Assembly (NCBI GenBank): GCA_007375535.1
Contig: VMEM01000001.1
Location: 39,462-103,461, forward strand
Length of the DNA: 64,000 nucleotides
Direction of reading: 5' to 3'
Origin: Parcubacteria group bacterium LiPW_41
Lineage (GTDB): Bacteria; Patescibacteriota; Minisyncoccia; UBA6257; GWB1-50-10
The notes under the pieces were generated by a model, which saw nothing but the letters and a program-made list of their open reading frames with translations, searched no databases and was not told where the DNA came from. Position numbers and translations under genes: made by a program. Of the stretch, positions 18,581 to 28,988 are shown piece after piece; within the stretch, counting starts at the first letter, position 1, and each line of letters opens with the position of its first letter.

Positions 18581-19258
18581 CTATATTTCGTCTGGACAGT
18601 CAGAAAACACCCCATCAACTCCCAAACTCTTCATTTTTTGAGCATCCTCTTTTGTATCAACAGTATATACATATACCTTTAGACCTATCCTATGTGCTCG
18701 ATCAATGAACCTTTTTTTTGCGTGTTTTATATTTGGATTAATAGAATGTGCATTTATTTTTTTTGCAAAATGGATAGAACCAAATATATTTGCATAAATA
18801 AGATAACCAACGGGAGTTTTTGTATCAATTCTTCTGAATGCACGAAGCTCTCTCCTTGAAAACGAGGAAACAACAAAATCACTATGCCTCCATCCCATTC
18901 CATAATACATTTGAAGCATTGTGGCGACAGCCCATCCAGTTCCTCTACCCTTCAATTCAATATTAAGTCGTGTTTCGCGATTGATAAGTTCAATAACATC
19001 TTGAAGTTTTGGAATGTGTTCTCCCATTCCGTCATCCAATTTCCTTAGTTCATCAAATGTCTTGTTGTGTATCTTCCCTTTTCCATTTGTCGTTCTGTCT
19101 ACTGTGTTGTCGTGCATCACCACTAATTCGCCAGTCTTACATAAATGAGCATCACACTCAATCATTGAAACATTCATCCGAAGCGCTCGGCGGAACGATC
19201 TCAATGTGTTTTCTGGTTCTTTTTTTGAAGCACCTCTATGAGCAATCTTTAAAAACAT
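18581..19258 (-). CDS. Glycerophosphodiester phosphodiesterase
   Basis: IAHRGAS..PENTL; IECD; HD.TVDRTT. Confidence 0.93.
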   Translation of the reverse strand: MFLKIAHRGASKKEPENTLRSFRRALRMNVSMIECDAHLCKTGELVVMHDNTVDRTTNGKGKIHNKTFDELRKLDDGMGEHIPKLQDVIELINRETRLNIELKGRGTGWAVATMLQMYYGMGWRHSDFVVSSFSRRELRAFRRIDTKTPVGYLIYANIFGSIHFAKKINAHSINPNIKHAKKRFIDRAHRIGLKVYVYTVDTKEDAQKMKSLGVDGVFSDCPDEI

Positions 19259-19339
19259 ATCTTTTCTCTATTTATTATACATTCATATCCAAACCATCGG
19301 AATGAATTTAGTTTCTATGTCTGATACAATGAATAAAAG

Positions 19340-20386
19340 ATGTGGAATGAACATAATACCATCACTCGGACAATAAAGAAGGTTATGCCTTCAGTGGTTT
19401 CGATTACTTTAAAAAAACCAAAAGATTTGGTGATCGAACAGTTAAAAGAAGAACAAAAAGCGATTCACGAAAAATCACACATTGAAATTCCTGAAGATAA
19501 AATAGATGCACAGGGATTAGTAGATGTTGGAGGAGGAAGTGGTTTTATTATTGACGGATCGGGAATAATTCTCACGAATCGACACGTCATAGAAGAAAAA
19601 GAAGTATTGTATTTTGTCACCACACACGACAACCATACCTATGAAGCAGAACTTCTTGCAAAAGATCCAGTAGATGATATTGCAATCCTTCGAATCCAAC
19701 CAACGAGAAAATTACGCGCAGTAAAACTTGGAGATTCAGCAAAAGTGGAACTTGGGCAAACAGCAATTGCATTTGGAAATGCACTCGGTCTCTTTAAGGA
19801 CACTGTATCAATGGGGATTATCTCTGGTCTTTCTCGTGCAGTTTCTGCGCGAGAAAATGAAAATTCAGCAGTCCAAGAAATGCGCGGACTCATACAAACC
19901 GATGCCGCAATAAATCCAGGAAATTCTGGAGGACCACTTGTAAATATATATGGGAGAGTTGTGGGAATTAACGCCGCAGTAGTTGCAAGCGCAGAGAGTA
20001 TAAGTTTTGCAATTCCTATTAATACCGCAAAAAGAGATATAAAAGATTTGAAAAAATACGGAAAAATAAGACGTCCTCTTTTTGGTGTTCGTTATCTCGT
20101 TTTAAATCAAACACTAAAAGAAAAACTAAAAACGCCAGTGGACTACGGAGCATTAATAACAAAAGAACACACAATCGACGTAGCGGTCGCATCAGGAAGT
20201 CCAGCAGACAAAGCGGGAATAAAAGAAAATGATATACTTCTTCGTTGGAATGGAATCCCTATAACCGAAACGAGAAGTATTCAAGACTTTCTCGAATCCC
20301 ACGGAGTTGGAGATGAGGTAACGCTTGCAGTCCTTCGAAATGGAATAGAAATCGAGCGACGAGTAACTCTCGAAGAAAGAAAATAA
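19340..20386 (+). CDS. HtrA/DegP-family serine protease with a PDZ domain
   Basis: GSGFI, TNRHV, TDAAINPGNSGGPL; C-terminal PDZ. Confidence 0.93.
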   Translation: MWNEHNTITRTIKKVMPSVVSITLKKPKDLVIEQLKEEQKAIHEKSHIEIPEDKIDAQGLVDVGGGSGFIIDGSGIILTNRHVIEEKEVLYFVTTHDNHTYEAELLAKDPVDDIAILRIQPTRKLRAVKLGDSAKVELGQTAIAFGNALGLFKDTVSMGIISGLSRAVSARENENSAVQEMRGLIQTDAAINPGNSGGPLVNIYGRVVGINAAVVASAESISFAIPINTAKRDIKDLKKYGKIRRPLFGVRYLVLNQTLKEKLKTPVDYGALITKEHTIDVAVASGSPADKAGIKENDILLRWNGIPITETRSIQDFLESHGVGDEVTLAVLRNGIEIERRVTLEERK

Positions 20387-20423
20387 AAAATACCCCACAC
20401 TTGTTGGGGTGTTTTTTATTTTC

Positions 20424-21341
20424 TTAATATATATATTCATCCACAACCAAACCTTGTTTATCATAAAGGATCAAGCGGTCATGTTTTGGATCAAATTGCA
20501 TTCCTCCATTTAACCATGTTCTCCATTCTTTTGAGAAAAAATCAGGCTTCTCTCTATTGGTGTCATAACAATTTCCAAATGTATACTGATCAGCAATTCT
20601 ACGACACTCAACATCATTAGGCCCAGTATATCTATTTAAATCATTCGCGGAAGGAAGTTTACACGAAGGAAGTGATCGAAGAAAATCCTGACACGCACCG
20701 GTGAAGGTAATTATTCTTTTATCCTGTGCAATTGATGGACACTCTTCAGGAAGCGAAGGAGAAAAAGAAATCTGTTGATTCAAAAAACCCATACACTTAT
20801 TTAATCTAAAGTTTTTTCCGTTTGCACTCTTCCAAGAATACATTCGAATATATTCTCCAGGTTTAAGAATAATATCGCTTTCCCTGTTCACACCATATGG
20901 ACTAAAATCAGAAATTGCTCGAGGAATTTCAACAGATCCTCCAAGATTTGCTCGAATAATCCATTCAGTAACTAACACTGGAGATTTTAAATTGTCTGTC
21001 GAAATTGTAATTTCGGAATTAGTATCTCCAAAATAATCCGGTGGATTTACCCCAGAAATGCGGACTTGTTTATAAAATGGAGAAAGTTGTGATTCAACAA
21101 ATCCAAGCGGTGGCTCAACTTTTGGTTTTTGTGGCTCCTCTGGTTTTTCTGGTTGATTATTATTTCCTCCAGTTGGACCTACTGAAACGGGTTTCTGCCC
21201 AACATCAGTTCCAGTCATATCGAGATATCCAGGTTGAAAAAACGAAGCAATCGTTCCTGGCTTTGATTTTCCAGAAAAAATTTGAGACGCACCAAAAAGA
21301 ATGAGACCAAGAACAAAGAGAATAATTAAAATATTCTTCAT
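20424..21341 (-). CDS. Secreted/anchored Cys-containing hypothetical protein
   Basis: Signal-like N-terminus; several Cys; L.D..G.VVD..Y C-terminus. Confidence 0.65.
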   Translation of the reverse strand: MKNILIILFVLGLILFGASQIFSGKSKPGTIASFFQPGYLDMTGTDVGQKPVSVGPTGGNNNQPEKPEEPQKPKVEPPLGFVESQLSPFYKQVRISGVNPPDYFGDTNSEITISTDNLKSPVLVTEWIIRANLGGSVEIPRAISDFSPYGVNRESDIILKPGEYIRMYSWKSANGKNFRLNKCMGFLNQQISFSPSLPEECPSIAQDKRIITFTGACQDFLRSLPSCKLPSANDLNRYTGPNDVECRRIADQYTFGNCYDTNREKPDFFSKEWRTWLNGGMQFDPKHDRLILYDKQGLVVDEYIY

Positions 21342-21345
21342 ATAG

Positions 21346-23784
21346 TTATATTACAAGATTTATAAGCCGGTTGGGAACAAAGATAATTTTTTTGATTTCA
21401 ATGCCGTTTATCATCTTTTTTATTCCGTCTTGGCTCATTGCAATCTTTTTTGCATCATTTTCAGAAATTCCACGTGGAACCTCAATGGTCGCGCGCACTT
21501 TCCCATTTATTTGAACAACTAACACAAAGTTTTCTTCAACTATTTTCTTTGGATCATACACTGGCCATTCAGAAATATGAATTGATTTTTTATTTCCAAG
21601 CCCAAACCATAACTCCTCCGTCATATGCGGAGCAAATGGAGCGAGTAACTGTAGAAACATTTGAAATTCAGCTACGGAAACCTCTTTATTTTCTATTTCA
21701 TTTAAACAAATCATTAGTGCGCTGATCGCGGTGTTATATTGAAGTGATTCAATGTCTTCGGTCACCTTTTTTATTGCTTTATGTATTGCGCGCTCACACG
21801 TTGGCTTTTTATTCTTATGCTCTATTACTGTTTGTCCCAATCTCCACACACGCTCAATAAATCGTGCAACCCCAACAATTCCCGCATCGCGAAAATCTCC
21901 ACCTTGCTCAAACGGAGCCAAAAACATCAAATTAGTTCGAAGCGTGTCCGCGCCAAATCGTTTTATATATTCATCGGGATTTACTACGTTTCCTTTTGAC
22001 TTTGACATCTTTGCGCCTTCTTTAATAAGAAGACCATGTGCACGAAATCGAGTAAACGGCTCTTCAAAATCAATAAGCCCAGCATCCTTAAACACCATTG
22101 TGATAAATCGTGAATATAACAAATGAAGAACAGAATGTTCTGCCCCACCAATGTACATATGCACTGGAAGCCATTTCTTTGTTATTTCATTATTCCAAGC
22201 ACTTTTCCTGTCTTGCACACTTGGATACCTTAAGAAATACCATGCAGAATCAAGAAATGTATCTGATACATCGGTTTCTCTTCGTGCCCCTCCACCGCAC
22301 ACAGGACACCCCACTTTATAAAACGATTTCACTGATGCAAGTGGCGATTCATCTTTTCCTTTTGGTCGAAACTCCTTCACCATCGGAAGTAGCACAGGAA
22401 GATTTTTTTCTTTTTCTGCATACCACCCAGGCATTTCCTTTTGTTCTCCCTTCCCCACACGTGCACACGCCTCGCAATACATCATTGGAATTGGAGGGCT
22501 CCAATATCGTTGACGAGAAACAATCCAATCTCTTAAACGAAACTGCGTAGTAAACGTTCCTCCAACATAATTAGTGATTTTCTTTTTTGCGTCCTCAACA
22601 CTCAATCCATTTAAAGGACCTGAATTTATTAACTCACCATCTCCAATATATGCTTCAGTAAGTGGTTCAACTGTTTTCCCATCTGAAATAACAACTACAA
22701 TTGGAAGTTTAAATTTCTTTGCAAAATCAAAATCGCGTTCATCATGAGCCGGAACAGCCATAATTGCTCCTGTTCCATACCCAGAAAGAACATAATCAGC
22801 AGCAAAAATAGGAATTTCTTTTTTATTTGCAGGATTGATTGCTTTAATTCCCTTCAATTCAATTCCTGTCTTCTCTTTGTTTTCAACGCGCTCTTCCTCG
22901 CTTTTCTCTTTAGAAATTTTTACATATTTCTCCACTTCGCTATAATTTGAGATTTGAGATTTAAGTTTTGAAATTATTTCGTGTTCCGGAGCTACCACCA
23001 TATATGTCGCTCCAAATAATGTGTCCGGTCGAGTAGTAAACACCTTCAATACATGCTCTGAATTTGCAATTTTAAAATTAATTTCTGCTCCTTCAGATTT
23101 TCCAATCCAATTTCGCTGTGCAATTTTTACACGCTCTGACCAATCAATATGATCAAGATTTTTTAATAATCGATCTGCATAGCGCGTAATACGAAATGAC
23201 CACTGTTCTAACTCCTTTTTAATTACCACGCTTGAGCACCGTTCACATGCACCACCAACCACCTGTTCATCAGCAAGCACTGTTTTGCATGACGGGCACC
23301 AATTTACTGCCTGTTTCTTCCTGTATGCAAGTCCACGCTTCCACATTGCGATAAATACCCACTGTGTCCAACGATAATATTCTGGATCATATGTTTCCAA
23401 ATGTTCATTCCATGCAAATCCATTTCCAATCATCTCCAACTGCTTATAGAACCGTTTTTCAGAAACTTTCGATTGTTTTAATGGATGTGTTCCCACTTTA
23501 ATTGCATAGTTTTCAGAATGGATTCCGAAACCATCGAGTCCAATCGGTTCAAATACATCATACCCACCCATCCGCTTAAACCTCCCATATATATCACTCC
23601 CAACAAACGCATACATGTTTCCAACATGAAGCCCCTCTGCTGATGGATACGGAAACATCATAAGGTTATAAAATGGCTTCCTTTTTGCGGTTTTTGTTGA
23701 TTTTAGTGACGGTTCATAAATCCCCGTCTTTTTCCATTCGGTCTGCCATCGCTTCTCAATTTTTGAAAACTCGTATTTCTTCAT
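21346..23784 (-). CDS. leuS: Leucine--tRNA ligase
   Basis: MFPYPS..GLHVGN, FTTRPDTLFG, SRQRYW, KMSKS. Confidence 0.97.
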   Translation of the reverse strand: MKKYEFSKIEKRWQTEWKKTGIYEPSLKSTKTAKRKPFYNLMMFPYPSAEGLHVGNMYAFVGSDIYGRFKRMGGYDVFEPIGLDGFGIHSENYAIKVGTHPLKQSKVSEKRFYKQLEMIGNGFAWNEHLETYDPEYYRWTQWVFIAMWKRGLAYRKKQAVNWCPSCKTVLADEQVVGGACERCSSVVIKKELEQWSFRITRYADRLLKNLDHIDWSERVKIAQRNWIGKSEGAEINFKIANSEHVLKVFTTRPDTLFGATYMVVAPEHEIISKLKSQISNYSEVEKYVKISKEKSEEERVENKEKTGIELKGIKAINPANKKEIPIFAADYVLSGYGTGAIMAVPAHDERDFDFAKKFKLPIVVVISDGKTVEPLTEAYIGDGELINSGPLNGLSVEDAKKKITNYVGGTFTTQFRLRDWIVSRQRYWSPPIPMMYCEACARVGKGEQKEMPGWYAEKEKNLPVLLPMVKEFRPKGKDESPLASVKSFYKVGCPVCGGGARRETDVSDTFLDSAWYFLRYPSVQDRKSAWNNEITKKWLPVHMYIGGAEHSVLHLLYSRFITMVFKDAGLIDFEEPFTRFRAHGLLIKEGAKMSKSKGNVVNPDEYIKRFGADTLRTNLMFLAPFEQGGDFRDAGIVGVARFIERVWRLGQTVIEHKNKKPTCERAIHKAIKKVTEDIESLQYNTAISALMICLNEIENKEVSVAEFQMFLQLLAPFAPHMTEELWFGLGNKKSIHISEWPVYDPKKIVEENFVLVVQINGKVRATIEVPRGISENDAKKIAMSQDGIKKMINGIEIKKIIFVPNRLINLVI

Positions 23785-23862
23785 AAACAATTAATTCAAT
23801 TGTAATGCCAAATCAAAGAAAATAAAAACCCCGCCTTATCGGGCGGGGTAGTTTGGAAATAA

Positions 23863-24537
23863 TTAGAAAACAATATGTATAACTGTTGGGAAAATATCAA
23901 CTTCAAATTCTGCTGCATTTTTTAGTTCGTGTTTCTTTTTGAGTCCTGAGGTAACACCAAATGTTTTAACCCCAGCACCAACCCCACATTGGATATCAAC
24001 AATCTCATCACCAATATAGGCAATTTGATTTTTTTGAATTCCATAATTTTCCTCAATAAACTGCAAAAGACAGTTGAGAGAACGGGGGTCGGGCTTCCGA
24101 AATCCCGATCTTGGGATATCTATACCACCATCAGTGCCCACAACATCTTCAAAAAAATGAATCACATTAAATTGTTTCAAAACATTTCGTGCGCTTCGTT
24201 TTTTTCGAGAAGTAAAAACAAAATTAATAATCCCATTATCTATATTCCTTTGAAGAAGTTCTGGAACTCCTTTCACTAGAGGAATTGGGTCAATTTTATC
24301 TGCCTCAACCCATTGTCTATGAATTTCTCTTGCAAATTTTTTTGTGATTTCAAATCCTGTTGCAATGAGTTCAATGGGAGGAAGTCCCCACTCTTTTTTT
24401 AGCCGTCTCTTTACCTTTGGATTTAAATTTATTCCATTTTTTTCTGCTAAACCGCATAAACGAATGAATCCCTCCTTACCCGAATTTAAAAGAGTTCCAT
24501 CTAAGTCATAGATGGCCGCTCGTGTGTTCGTTTTCAT
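23863..24537 (-). CDS. HAD-superfamily hydrolase
   Basis: DLDGTLLNS; KPDP; YIGD...D. Confidence 0.88.
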   Translation of the reverse strand: MKTNTRAAIYDLDGTLLNSGKEGFIRLCGLAEKNGINLNPKVKRRLKKEWGLPPIELIATGFEITKKFAREIHRQWVEADKIDPIPLVKGVPELLQRNIDNGIINFVFTSRKKRSARNVLKQFNVIHFFEDVVGTDGGIDIPRSGFRKPDPRSLNCLLQFIEENYGIQKNQIAYIGDEIVDIQCGVGAGVKTFGVTSGLKKKHELKNAAEFEVDIFPTVIHIVF

Positions 24538-24639
24538 TAAAACCTCCTTTTTTTATTGTTTATGTGCTTGACTCTACCCTACTGTGTATTTGAGAATTGT
24601 GCAACTATTGATGAATTTTACTTATTATGTATAATCAGC

Positions 24640-24966
24640 ATAGATTCTTTTAAATACTGACGTGACTGTCGTAATTGTAGAACGATAAAATCCTTGTTTG
24701 ATAATACAGTCACACGACAGACCTATCGGTCTGGTTTATGGGCGTGATTCCCCAATGAAGGATCATACAACGCCCACACTATTATGTAGGAATAGTTTGC
24801 TCTTGCCTGCATTGTATTAAGCAATATTCGCATTGACATGGATATGCATTGCGCCATATCCACATTGCGTGCGCCGAGACCTTACCAGAAGGGTATACAA
24901 AAGAAACCCGCGGCAGATGCCGTGAAGGAATTCCCGCACCCCCTCGCTTTATGCGAGGGATTTTTT
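24640..24966 (+). ncRNA. Candidate ~320-nt structured non-coding RNA of unknown class
   Basis: TTGATG-16-TATAAT promoter; six or more hairpins; + strand intrinsic terminator; no convincing ORF. Confidence 0.5.
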
Positions 24967-25807
24967 ATATACCAAAAACTTCTTTTGCATTTTTTAGAAC
25001 CTGAGAAGCAACACCTTCTTGTGAAACACCTTTAATTTCTGCGATTTTTTTCTCAACTTCAAGAACATATATTGGCTCATTCCTTTTTCCACGATATGGA
25101 ACTGGCGCAACGTACGGCGCGTCAGTTTCGCAAAATATTTTTTCTATCGGAATCATCTTTATTACTTCTTCATAATCAGTTCCTCCTTTACGCATTGGGT
25201 ATGTTATTGCACCACCAAATGTAAAATAGAAACCGAGATTTAGTAATTCTCTTGCTCCATCTGTTGTACCGCAAAAGAAATGAATAACCCCAGGCCTACT
25301 ATTAAGTAAATGTTTCTTTGATTGCAATATCTGAATTAGGTCACCATACGCATCCCTACAATGGATCATCAATGGTTTCTTTAATTTATGAGCAAGACTA
25401 ATGTGTCGAATAAAAACCTCTTTTTGCACTATTTTATCTTCTTCATTTTTCAAATGAAAATAATCCAACCCACACTCCCCAATTCCCACAACTTTTTTGT
25501 TTGCTGCGATTCTTTCAAACTCTTCTACATCAAAGGTTTCTGATTCCTCCACACCCTCATTTTCATCATGAAACGAGTCTCCAGTGTGTATTGGATGAAG
25601 TCCTACGCACGCCCACATACAATCAGAATTTTTTTCAGCAAGAACAACCGCATCTTTTGAAGTCTTTAAACTACTCCCAATCTGGATCATCCCAATCCCC
25701 TCACTTCTTGCCCGCTCAATAACCACATCTCTATCCGCATCATATGCAGGAAAATGAGTGTGGGTGTGTGCGTCTAAGTGTTTAAAACTAAATTCGCTTG
25801 CATTCAT
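24965..25807 (-). CDS. tatD: TatD-family hydrolase
   Basis: DAHTH, GLHP, IGECGLDY, IHCR, ETDAPY. Confidence 0.93.
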   Translation of the reverse strand: MNASEFSFKHLDAHTHTHFPAYDADRDVVIERARSEGIGMIQIGSSLKTSKDAVVLAEKNSDCMWACVGLHPIHTGDSFHDENEGVEESETFDVEEFERIAANKKVVGIGECGLDYFHLKNEEDKIVQKEVFIRHISLAHKLKKPLMIHCRDAYGDLIQILQSKKHLLNSRPGVIHFFCGTTDGARELLNLGFYFTFGGAITYPMRKGGTDYEEVIKMIPIEKIFCETDAPYVAPVPYRGKRNEPIYVLEVEKKIAEIKGVSQEGVASQVLKNAKEVFGI

Positions 25808-25863
25808 AAATATTCAACGGTATGATGCCAGCATACATTAAAAACAAAATACGGAGAAGTAGC

Positions 25864-26445
25864 ATGAAGAAAAAATTGTATATCGGAATCGTGGCAGAAA
25901 TCGGCGCCGGAAAAGACGCCGTTGCAAAATATCTTGAGGTTTTCTATCAAGCAAGGGTCCTTAGAAGCTCGGACCTTTTGGGGGAAATTTTAAGGATGCT
26001 CAAACTAGATTCCAAAAAACGAAAAAATCTCCAAAAACTCCCGATTGCAATCAGGAATACTTTTGGAGCACACACGATAAGTAAAGCAATGGTGCATTGG
26101 ATGAGAGAACAAAAAAACGCAAACATCGTTATTTGGAATGGTATCCGCTATCCGTCAGACGTAGAAGAATTTAAAAAGCTTCCAAACTCAGTACTTATAG
26201 GAATTTCTGCAGATCTTCTCAAAAGATTCAAATGGATAAAAAAACGGAAGGAGAAGTCAGGGGAAGAAAAAATAACATATGCAAAATTCCTTGAAGAAGC
26301 GGGACAAGACACAGAAAAAAATGTTGCAAAAATAATTGAAAAAAATGCAACCTATGTCATTCAAAACAACAAAACAATAACATCTCTTTATAAAAAGATT
26401 GCAAAAATAATTGAAGAAGAACAAGCGCGATTAAACATGAACTAA
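25864..26445 (+). CDS. P-loop nucleotide kinase-like protein (dephospho-CoA/NMP kinase-like)
   Basis: GIVAEIGAGKD; GIR...DV; I.N. Confidence 0.7.
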   Translation: MKKKLYIGIVAEIGAGKDAVAKYLEVFYQARVLRSSDLLGEILRMLKLDSKKRKNLQKLPIAIRNTFGAHTISKAMVHWMREQKNANIVIWNGIRYPSDVEEFKKLPNSVLIGISADLLKRFKWIKKRKEKSGEEKITYAKFLEEAGQDTEKNVAKIIEKNATYVIQNNKTITSLYKKIAKIIEEEQARLNMN

Positions 26446-26474
26446 TTAAAACCCCTCACTAGGAGGGGTTCTTT

Positions 26475-27929
26475 TTATCCAATTCGTGGAAACAATGGTG
26501 ATATTGGGTCGGATGGATTTTTGAGAATAATGCGAATCTTTTCTGCGGTTTCAGGAAGAAATGGGCGAAGCATCAATTCAATATCCCACAATTCATTTAC
26601 TAATTCAGAAAGTATCTCCTTTGCTTTTGCTTCATCGGTTTTTATTAACTTAAATGGTTCCGTCTCTTGAATCTTTTTGTCACACATGGAAATTTTGTTC
26701 CAAATCTCCTCTGCTGCCTTCTTTATTTCATATCTATCAAGCAATTCACGATAACTAACAAAGACTTCATCGTGAATGGAAACATTTTTTTGTATACTCA
26801 ATCCCGCATTTTGTGCCATCTTCATCGTTCTACTTACCAAATTTCCAAGACCATTTGAAAGTCCACTTGTATAATTCTCTGCACATTTTTCATCGGTAAA
26901 ATCTCCATCTTCAAACGTATTCATCTCTTTTGTTAGCCAAAATCGCAATCCATCTGTTCCAAATTTTTCAATTACTTCATAAGGATCAATAACATTTCCA
27001 AGAGATTTTGCCATCTTCTGTCCCGCGCTCACAATAAATCCATGAATAATAATTTGCTTTGAAGTTGGAACACCAGCGGACATCAACATCGCCTGCCACA
27101 TCGCTGATTGCTGTCTCAAATTATCTTTTCCAGCAATCTGAATAGCATTTAACAAATCTTTTGTCCCCCAATACCTATCAAACTGTTCCTTGTCCTCGGG
27201 CCATCCAAGTGTAGAAATATAATTTATAAGCGCATCAAACCACACATACATCACCTGATCCTCGTCATTAGGGACCGAGACACCCCATGGCATTTTTGAT
27301 TTAAGTCTCGAAATACTAAAATCAGAAAGTCCATTTTTCACAAAACTTTTTATTTCATTAAATCGAAAATCTGGAACAACAAAATCTGGATGTTTTTCAT
27401 AGAATTCGAGAAGCGCCTTTTCATAATTTGAAAATTTGAAAAAATAATTTTCCTCTTCACGATCCTCAAGCGTGAGATTTGGATGATCAGGACACACACC
27501 GTCTTGTAACTCGGAATCAGTTTTTTCAAGCTCACACCCAACGCAATATTTTACTTTGTATGTTTTTTTGTAAATATCCCCTTTCTCCTTACAAACGTTC
27601 CAAAAATATTGTGCCGCTTTTTTATGATGTGCGTCAGTTGTTCGGATAAAATGTATGTCTTTAGAAATATTTAATTTATCAAGAATCACCTTAAATTTTT
27701 CTGCATACTCATCTGCGTATGCTTGTGGGTCCATTCTCGCTTCTTTTGCTTTTGTATATATCTTTTGTCCATGCTCATCAGTGCCAGTATTAAAAAATAC
27801 CTCTTTTCCTAAAAGTTTTTGATATCGAGCTATGACATCTGCCTGTACAAATTCAAGTGCGTGCCCCATATGTGGCTTTGCATTCACATACGGCAATGTT
27901 GTTGTTATGTAAAAATATTTCTTTTCCAT
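26475..27929 (-). CDS. metG: Methionine--tRNA ligase
   Basis: [30 protein letters not shown]. Confidence 0.97.
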   Translation of the reverse strand: MEKKYFYITTTLPYVNAKPHMGHALEFVQADVIARYQKLLGKEVFFNTGTDEHGQKIYTKAKEARMDPQAYADEYAEKFKVILDKLNISKDIHFIRTTDAHHKKAAQYFWNVCKEKGDIYKKTYKVKYCVGCELEKTDSELQDGVCPDHPNLTLEDREEENYFFKFSNYEKALLEFYEKHPDFVVPDFRFNEIKSFVKNGLSDFSISRLKSKMPWGVSVPNDEDQVMYVWFDALINYISTLGWPEDKEQFDRYWGTKDLLNAIQIAGKDNLRQQSAMWQAMLMSAGVPTSKQIIIHGFIVSAGQKMAKSLGNVIDPYEVIEKFGTDGLRFWLTKEMNTFEDGDFTDEKCAENYTSGLSNGLGNLVSRTMKMAQNAGLSIQKNVSIHDEVFVSYRELLDRYEIKKAAEEIWNKISMCDKKIQETEPFKLIKTDEAKAKEILSELVNELWDIELMLRPFLPETAEKIRIILKNPSDPISPLFPRIG

Positions 27930-27974
27930 ATATTTAAAATGCTCCGAAACATTCGGAGCACTAGTTTAATACTA

Positions 27975-28988
27975 TTAGTTCTCCAAAGATTTTCGTTTCT
28001 CTCCCACGTAGGTTACCACCTCTTCTGTTAATACTGCAATAGGAACTGCTAAAAGAACCCCAACAAACCCCGCAATCTGTCCACCAGCAAGTATCGAAAG
28101 AATTACCATAAGTGGGTGGACGCGCATCGCCTTTCCCATAACAAGTGGAATAAAAATGTGATTCTCTAATTGTTGTAATATCATAAAAAATACCAACGCA
28201 TATATTCCAAGAGAAAACGATTCAGAAACTGCAATAAGGAATGCAGCAGCACCAACAATGACCGGACCAATCATAGGAACAAGTTCAAAAATTGCTGCAA
28301 GAATTCCAATTACGAATGCATATGGAACCCCAAGCAACCACATCCCCCCTCCCGCTACAATACCCATAACCAAACAAAGAAGTAGTTGAGCAGAAAACCA
28401 TTTCCTAATTCTCTTTTTGAAATTATTAAACAGCGAAAGAGCTCCTTTTTCTTGTGCGTCAGGAACTAACGCTTTAATGACGCGCTCTAAAACTGCTGGA
28501 TCATAAGTTAAATAAAAAGAGGAAACAATTGTTGCAACAACAAGAAATCCTTGAAAAAACACCGAACTTACTGCGGAACCAATAGATGCCCCAGACAAAC
28601 CAATTGCTCCAAGCGCCTCTTGCCAATGTTGACTTATCGATTCAAATGGAAGCGATGGAATTTGAATCCCAAACAATGAATAAGAAACAGAACTAAAATA
28701 CGAAACAAAATTCTGAAATTCGCTTAATAAAATTGGAACAACAAAATATGCGGCAGTCGTAAGAATTATTATTCCAAATACAAACACTACAAAAGTTCCA
28801 AGAATTCGAGGAATCTTTCCTTTCTCAAGAAACGAAACAAAAGGATCAAGTCCGAGAGAAATAACCGCAGAGACAAGAAATACCGCGACCGCTGACCGAG
28901 CAATAATAAGAAAATAAATGATGGCAATAAATGCAGCAATTCGCCACATCGTCCCCCATCCTATTTCAAGTTTTCGTGTGTCTATCAT
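27975..28988 (-). CDS. AI-2E family transporter
   Basis: QQLENH..P..MG...HPL...GVLLAVP. Confidence 0.9.
   Translation of the reverse strand: MIDTRKLEIGWGTMWRIAAFIAIIYFLIIARSAVAVFLVSAVISLGLDPFVSFLEKGKIPRILGTFVVFVFGIIILTTAAYFVVPILLSEFQNFVSYFSSVSYSLFGIQIPSLPFESISQHWQEALGAIGLSGASIGSAVSSVFFQGFLVVATIVSSFYLTYDPAVLERVIKALVPDAQEKGALSLFNNFKKRIRKWFSAQLLLCLVMGIVAGGGMWLLGVPYAFVIGILAAIFELVPMIGPVIVGAAAFLIAVSESFSLGIYALVFFMILQQLENHIFIPLVMGKAMRVHPLMVILSILAGGQIAGFVGVLLAVPIAVLTEEVVTYVGEKRKSLEN

Noticed and set aside
24838-25035. 65-aa ORF within the candidate ncRNA
   Set aside because: No SD or leaderless promoter; it runs through a terminator and antisense into tatD.
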